The notes under the pieces: model-generated
Databases searched by the model: none
Told to the model about the DNA's origin: nothing
Seen by the model: the letters and a program-made list of their open reading frames with translations, nothing else
Made by a program: the position numbers and the translations under genes
Shown here: one piece after another, positions 58,013-62,606 of the stretch
Position numbering within the stretch: position 1 is the first letter of the stretch
Layout of the letters: each line of letters begins with the position of its first letter
IMG/VR virus record: IMGVR_UViG_3300035703_000095
Coordinates: 1 to 62,606 of that record
Origin: a virus
Lineage: Duplodnaviria; Caudoviricetes
Length of the DNA stretch: 62,606 nt
Reading direction: 5' to 3' (one strand)

Positions 58013-58183
58013 ATGGAAGAATCTCAGGAAGTCAAATGGAATCGAGGACTTGATTTGTTCATCGAATCCGTTCATAAACCAGATCATGAGCTGAGACAAT
58101 GTGCTCATAATCAAAAGTGTTACAATGAACTCATGGAAGTACGTGATCATGTGTTAGAATATCTTAAAACACTGAGAAAATGA
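58013..58183 (+). CDS. 56-aa hypothetical protein
   Basis: Hand translation W.RGLDLFIESVHKPD..LRQCAHNQKCYNELM.VR. Confidence 0.7.
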   Translation: MEESQEVKWNRGLDLFIESVHKPDHELRQCAHNQKCYNELMEVRDHVLEYLKTLRK

Positions 58184-58416
58184 CTTACTATGCATGGTTC
58201 ATTGTATTTGCAGTAGTAGCATACTTCATCGTCACTGATGATAGTATTGCTGCTGCTTTTTATTATATTACAAGATTGATTAAGAGCAGATATTTGATAT
58301 TTCAATGGTGGTTAATTCATAATCCAGCAACACCATGGGCAAGATATTCGATGTGGAGACGCTCAAATAGACTTGCAAAAGAGTTAATGGATGAGTTAAA
58401 ATCAAGAAATAAATAA
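58180..58416 (+). CDS. small membrane protein
   Basis: ATGA overlap, N-terminal hydrophobic helix. Confidence 0.7.
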   Translation: MTYYAWFIVFAVVAYFIVTDDSIAAAFYYITRLIKSRYLIFQWWLIHNPATPWARYSMWRRSNRLAKELMDELKSRNK

Positions 58417-58436
58417 TCATTATCTGAATAATACAT

Positions 58437-58757
58437 ATGCTCTCAACTCAATATCGTCTGCGTGTGGAAGCAATTTGCGATAAGATTGTAAAAGGAGAAA
58501 CAGTAGAGTTAAGCGAGATGATATGGGTTGAGAAACTATCAAAGGCAAATCGAAGTGCTGCTACACTTCTAAGGCAAGCAAGAAGAAAAGCAGCAAATCC
58601 TGATATGAAGGAGGGAGATATGGATGATTTTTTGAATCAACTTGATCTGGGCCATCCAGATCCATCAACACACAAATCAAACTTTGGTGGTGGTGTAGAT
58701 GATATTCTTGATTTCTTTATTGAAGACAAACCAGAAGACTGGAGACAACGTGACTAA
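58437..58757 (+). CDS. conserved cyanophage hypothetical protein
   Basis: MLSTQYRLR start, DWRQRD end; late promoter at 58408. Confidence 0.8.
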   Translation: MLSTQYRLRVEAICDKIVKGETVELSEMIWVEKLSKANRSAATLLRQARRKAANPDMKEGDMDDFLNQLDLGHPDPSTHKSNFGGGVDDILDFFIEDKPEDWRQRD

Positions 58758-58796
58758 AATAAATATCTAAAGTAAGAAAATTTTTAATATCTATCA

Positions 58797-60998
58797 ATGA
58801 ATACTTATTCGAGAGCATTAAGACATATCAGTATGGTAGATGTTAAAAAGAAGCATCGTCAGAAGATTGTTGAAGAAAAAGTACAAAAAAAACTAGAAGA
58901 GGAAGAAAAAAAATATATCCAATCGGTGATGGAGAATAAAAAATATGATTGGAGAAAAAAACTAAATGAACAGATGACTTCCTCTGGGGTATTTTTTAAA
59001 ACACTTCCTGCAAGTGGGGATACTGATATTGCATCAATTGATGTATCTAATCAGTCAAGTTATTCTAGTATCTCTAACACTGATATTGGATCTGATTCTT
59101 TTTTCAGTCAATATGGGGGTTTACAAAACGTTTTAACTACTAGTTCATATAAAGTCAATCCATATGCTAGTTTAAATTCCATAGATACATCTTCTGTCGA
59201 TACAATATCATTTACTGGAGTTGCTGGAAATTTCTATAATGGAGGCCTACCCACAAATTCTGATTTATTATTATTGTGGTATAATCCCGATAATAATCAA
59301 TTCGGACAATTTGTTGCAATATCAAAAAATGCAACAGATCTTACCACTTATAATATTACTCTACCTCCAGAAGCAAGAGGAAAAAACGTAGAATTTCTTA
59401 TATATCAACCAAGAACAAGTCAAAATGCAGGTCAAGATTTGATTGGTCTTTATATACCGATTGGTAGTGAATATGGGGAAATTACTGATAATAATGACGG
59501 ACTAATTGCATCATTATTAATAAACTATGATGGAACTGACGCTGATGCAATTGATTGGGGAAAACAAATAATGAGTTCGTTTAGTAGAAATGTTGTTGGT
59601 GGTTACCCAAGTTTTTATTATCCAGGATATGCTGGTCCAGTTAGTGGAAATGCAGGTAATCCAAATATAGATGGTTTTAATGGCGATCTATCGACTTTAA
59701 AAACTCAAAACAGTATTGGGTTTACTCTTGGATATCTTGGTGGAAATACTCAACAGCAAATGATAAATTTGTTTGCCGACACTAATATGAACGCAGCCGC
59801 TTTGTACATTGAGTTGGGTGAGTATAGCACTGCTGCTGATCTAGCAGATAGTTACTATGCACAGTATGTAAATTATGATATGGCTGGGAATACAAATCTT
59901 GCAAATTATTATTTAAATTTATCTAACCAACAAACAACAATAAGAGATACTAAGGCGGCCGCAGTGATGTCTAGAATTAATTCAGCAACTCCTCTTCCCG
60001 ACTCTCGCTGGACAGATGCTGATTTTAAGAAAATCACAACAGACATATATGGTCTGAAAGGTAGTGCATCATATGCCATAACCAGTTTTTCTACAAAACG
60101 AAGAACCCCAATGAATGTTTTTGTTTCTCTTGATAATCCAGAAGCCTCTGCATTCATTAGAACAGATCCGATCATGGCAAATCTTTCTCCTCAAGAAAGA
60201 ATGCAAAAACTGAAAGAAATGCTTGAAGCTTCTGATGAATATGTAATGAAAATTTTGGGTTCTGATTTTCCTGGAACTGGTGCTGTTCCTCCTGGGGAGT
60301 TTGATCCATTCGCACAAACACCTCCAGGTGAAGCAGGAACTACTCCTGGTGTTGATATTGCAGGACTTCCACCTGGGATGTTTCCATTTAATCCACTTGG
60401 CGGCCAGGCACCAGCACCTCAGGGGTATAAGCAACCGGGTACTTATGATCCAAATCAATTTTATAATCTTGCCCCCGGCAGTTTACCATCACCAAATATA
60501 CCAAGAACTCCTCCTGGATTATCTCAGTCAAATGATAATGACACTCAAATTGCCCAGCAATGGACTGATGATCCATCAACATGGCCCTCAATTAAGAATC
60601 CAGTAAAGACACCACCAGCAATTATTGATCCAAAGACGGGTTGGCCATCTGTTCCAAATGTTCCACCATCATATAGAGGAAAACCTGGAGGTCAACAAGT
60701 TAGAATGGCTCATTATGAACCTCAAGGAGAAGTAATCACTGAAAGAAAGAAACTTAAATCTCCACAAGAAGTTTTGAATAAGATTCCTGGATATTATGAT
60801 GGAAAACCAGCACCATTAGGTTTTCCAGAAACACCTCCACCCAAAATGAAAAATGGTATGCATCCAGATTTAGTTGATGGTAAGAAAGTTTCTGATAGAT
60901 TTAATCGTTTAGATCCTGAAAGTGCAAGATCCATGCCCCCAACAGGAAATCCTCATATTGATAAGAAAGTCAAGGCTGCAGCAAAGAAACCAAAATAA
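58797..60998 (+). CDS. late-expressed hypothetical (probable virion) protein
   Basis: 733 aa; late promoter at 58758; charged N-terminus, Pro-rich C-terminal region. Confidence 0.65.
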   Translation: MNTYSRALRHISMVDVKKKHRQKIVEEKVQKKLEEEEKKYIQSVMENKKYDWRKKLNEQMTSSGVFFKTLPASGDTDIASIDVSNQSSYSSISNTDIGSDSFFSQYGGLQNVLTTSSYKVNPYASLNSIDTSSVDTISFTGVAGNFYNGGLPTNSDLLLLWYNPDNNQFGQFVAISKNATDLTTYNITLPPEARGKNVEFLIYQPRTSQNAGQDLIGLYIPIGSEYGEITDNNDGLIASLLINYDGTDADAIDWGKQIMSSFSRNVVGGYPSFYYPGYAGPVSGNAGNPNIDGFNGDLSTLKTQNSIGFTLGYLGGNTQQQMINLFADTNMNAAALYIELGEYSTAADLADSYYAQYVNYDMAGNTNLANYYLNLSNQQTTIRDTKAAAVMSRINSATPLPDSRWTDADFKKITTDIYGLKGSASYAITSFSTKRRTPMNVFVSLDNPEASAFIRTDPIMANLSPQERMQKLKEMLEASDEYVMKILGSDFPGTGAVPPGEFDPFAQTPPGEAGTTPGVDIAGLPPGMFPFNPLGGQAPAPQGYKQPGTYDPNQFYNLAPGSLPSPNIPRTPPGLSQSNDNDTQIAQQWTDDPSTWPSIKNPVKTPPAIIDPKTGWPSVPNVPPSYRGKPGGQQVRMAHYEPQGEVITERKKLKSPQEVLNKIPGYYDGKPAPLGFPETPPPKMKNGMHPDLVDGKKVSDRFNRLDPESARSMPPTGNPHIDKKVKAAAKKPK

Positions 60999-61045
60999 GA
61001 ACTGGCACAAGACCCCTTGATTTTTAGGTCAGGGGGTCTTATAGT
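60988..61045 (+). promoter_or_regulatory. early-type promoter with upstream motif and hairpin
   Basis: AACCA-N9-CTGGCAC; AAGACCCCTTGA/TCAGGGGGTCTT; TTGATT-17-TATAGT. Confidence 0.7.
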
Positions 61046-61068
61046 ATGTGTATTGAAGCACCTCTCTA

Positions 61069-61482
61069 ATGACTTACAACGCTGAAGTTCAATTCAAGTT
61101 TGATGCCACTTATACTTATTCTTATGGTTCATCGTTCTCTGATGATGACTTTATTCCCGAAGAGCATTATTTGATTACTGCTCCTGCTGCTGACCTGAAT
61201 GCAAAGCAGTATTTTAAGCTCTTTGAGAAGTTTATGCTGTGTGTAGGTATGTGCCCCCAAAGTATTCGTAGTGGTGCAATGTCTCTGGTGTTTAATGATT
61301 TCGTGACATTAGAAGAACAGCGCAAGATCTGCAAAGAATATGAACTGACGATGGATGAAGACCTTGAAGATAAGTTCAAGGAATGGAAAGTGCGTGATGA
61401 AGAGATTGCTCGTCTGGTGAAAGGCCCAATGGGAACTGTACTGACTGAAGAAGAGCTTACCAACCTTGAGGAAGGACAATGA
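61069..61482 (+). CDS. hypothetical protein
   Basis: 137 aa ORF after the promoter. Confidence 0.75.
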   Translation: MTYNAEVQFKFDATYTYSYGSSFSDDDFIPEEHYLITAPAADLNAKQYFKLFEKFMLCVGMCPQSIRSGAMSLVFNDFVTLEEQRKICKEYELTMDEDLEDKFKEWKVRDEEIARLVKGPMGTVLTEEELTNLEEGQ

Positions 61483-61754
61483 AACTGATTTCTTTTAAGC
61501 ATCGTGAGGATTATGGCCACGAATGGTATGTTCAAGTCCTTCACAACAAACGATGGGCACTTCTTCAAGCATCAGTTTCTTGGAATGAGTATGCTAGTTG
61601 GCCTTTTATTCAAGTCAAATCTGGTGCAGGAACTCTTTTGAGTATTGTGCTCTGGTGTTGGAAGATTGGATTTGATATTGGTGTCTGTGAGCACACTTGG
61701 AACTTTGAGTATCTGAACGACCTTGATGTAGAAGAGAAAAATGAGATTTCGTGA
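61479..61754 (+). CDS. hypothetical protein
   Basis: ATGA overlap, AGGA RBS. Confidence 0.7.
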   Translation: MKLISFKHREDYGHEWYVQVLHNKRWALLQASVSWNEYASWPFIQVKSGAGTLLSIVLWCWKIGFDIGVCEHTWNFEYLNDLDVEEKNEIS

Positions 61755-62001
61755 TATTGAGTTCCGTTGGAGTAAATGTAACAACAAGTATGAACTCGTC
61801 AAGTGGTATCAATCTAATGGTTCGGGAAAAAAGAACTGTTATGTAATTGCTTTCTTTGATAAAGACAAAGAATGTTATAATATGAGAACCATAGGTGATA
61901 GGTTCTTTGAGGATAAAGATGCCTGGGTTGTGGGTAAGTATGGTTTGGAGTTTCTAAATGAAATCTTTGAGATTGAGAAACAAGAAAAGGACAATCTCTA
62001 A
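61741..62001 (+). CDS. hypothetical protein
   Basis: 86 aa overlapping ORF in the operon. Confidence 0.7.
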   Translation: MRFRDIEFRWSKCNNKYELVKWYQSNGSGKKNCYVIAFFDKDKECYNMRTIGDRFFEDKDAWVVGKYGLEFLNEIFEIEKQEKDNL

Positions 62002-62045
62002 ACTGACACAAGGCTCCTCCACAGGTGCCCTTTTTGGTCTATAAT
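61989..62045 (+). promoter_or_regulatory. early-type promoter with upstream motif
   Basis: GGACA-N9-CTGACAC; TATAAT at 62040. Confidence 0.7.
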
Positions 62046-62066
62046 GACTTCATACACAACAAACCG

Positions 62067-62327
62067 ATGAAACCCTATCAGTACAACCTAAAAGTTTGGG
62101 AAAATGGTGAAACTGACCGCACTTGGCAGTTTGGTGTCATCAACAATCGTTCATTACTTTGGGTGAATTATGAAAATCCCAGTAGTTTAGTCCATAGCAA
62201 TGGTGGATTTCACATCATGCTCTCATTTCTTACTTCTTCTTCTCTTTTTGGAGTAGATTTTCAAGTTGGTAAGGTTGGTTTGAGTTTTCATTTCTTTACT
62301 GAATACTTTGAGGGGTGGCAAGAATGA
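62067..62327 (+). CDS. hypothetical protein
   Basis: First plausible ATG downstream of the promoter. Confidence 0.65.
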   Translation: MKPYQYNLKVWENGETDRTWQFGVINNRSLLWVNYENPSSLVHSNGGFHIMLSFLTSSSLFGVDFQVGKVGLSFHFFTEYFEGWQE

Positions 62328-62488
62328 AAATCTATTGTGTGGTTGATAATGTTGATTTGGGTTATCATATTGAGTATGCTTCCACTTCCAAAGACAAAGC
62401 AAATGAGGTATTGATTGTGAAACTTCAGGAAGAACGACAAAAATTTTATACTACTTATGAAATGATTGAGATTGAGGTGGAAGAATGA
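62324..62488 (+). CDS. 54-aa hypothetical protein
   Basis: ATGA overlap; MKIYCVVDNVDLGYH...IEVEE*. Confidence 0.6.
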   Translation: MKIYCVVDNVDLGYHIEYASTSKDKANEVLIVKLQEERQKFYTTYEMIEIEVEE

Positions 62489-62606
62489 GTATTCTTGAAG
62501 ATTTTAGAACTTGGTTGTGGATTATGAAAAATAACTATAACCCACATATGAGTGAATATTTTTTCAATCGTGTTGGTTCTAATCTTCCAGAACAAACATT
62601 TATAAA
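62485..62606 (+). CDS. partial hypothetical protein (runs off the window)
   Basis: GAGG RBS, ATGA overlap, open to the end. Confidence 0.5.
   Translation, partial: MSILEDFRTWLWIMKNNYNPHMSEYFFNRVGSNLPEQTFI

Overview
This window is a segment of a T4-like cyanophage (cyanomyovirus) genome, AT-rich, most likely infecting a Synechococcus/Cyanobium-type host. In order it carries: glutaredoxin and small conserved ORFs; speD; a nitrogen-responsive small-ORF operon (NtcA box, tandem glutamine riboswitches, DUF4278); thyX, phoH, an exonuclease and gp33/gp59/gp32; a baseplate/tail block (gp53, gp48, gp2, gp4, gp54, gp26, gp51, two tape-measure-like genes, CP12, gp5 pieces); two tRNAs and a Mom-like gene; about 25 kb of fibre/adhesin genes; and early-type accessory genes behind a repeated promoter motif. 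Six observations stand out. (1) A duplicated late cassette couples Gly-X-Pro collagen/polyproline-II-like proteins, dedicated partner proteins and three 2OG-Fe(II) oxygenases. (2) A second glutamine aptamer has a 50-codon ORF nested in its P2 loop, behind a perfect NtcA box. (3) A ~50-nt promoter-to-terminator RNA is complementary to the host Yfr1 sRNA motif. (4) A virion protein has two tandem Hint domains. (5) A likely -1 frameshift joins gp26 and gp51. (6) Five fibre proteins share one C-terminal domain and are each followed by a gene for a variable tip protein. All family calls come from motif recognition and gene order; no database searches were run.
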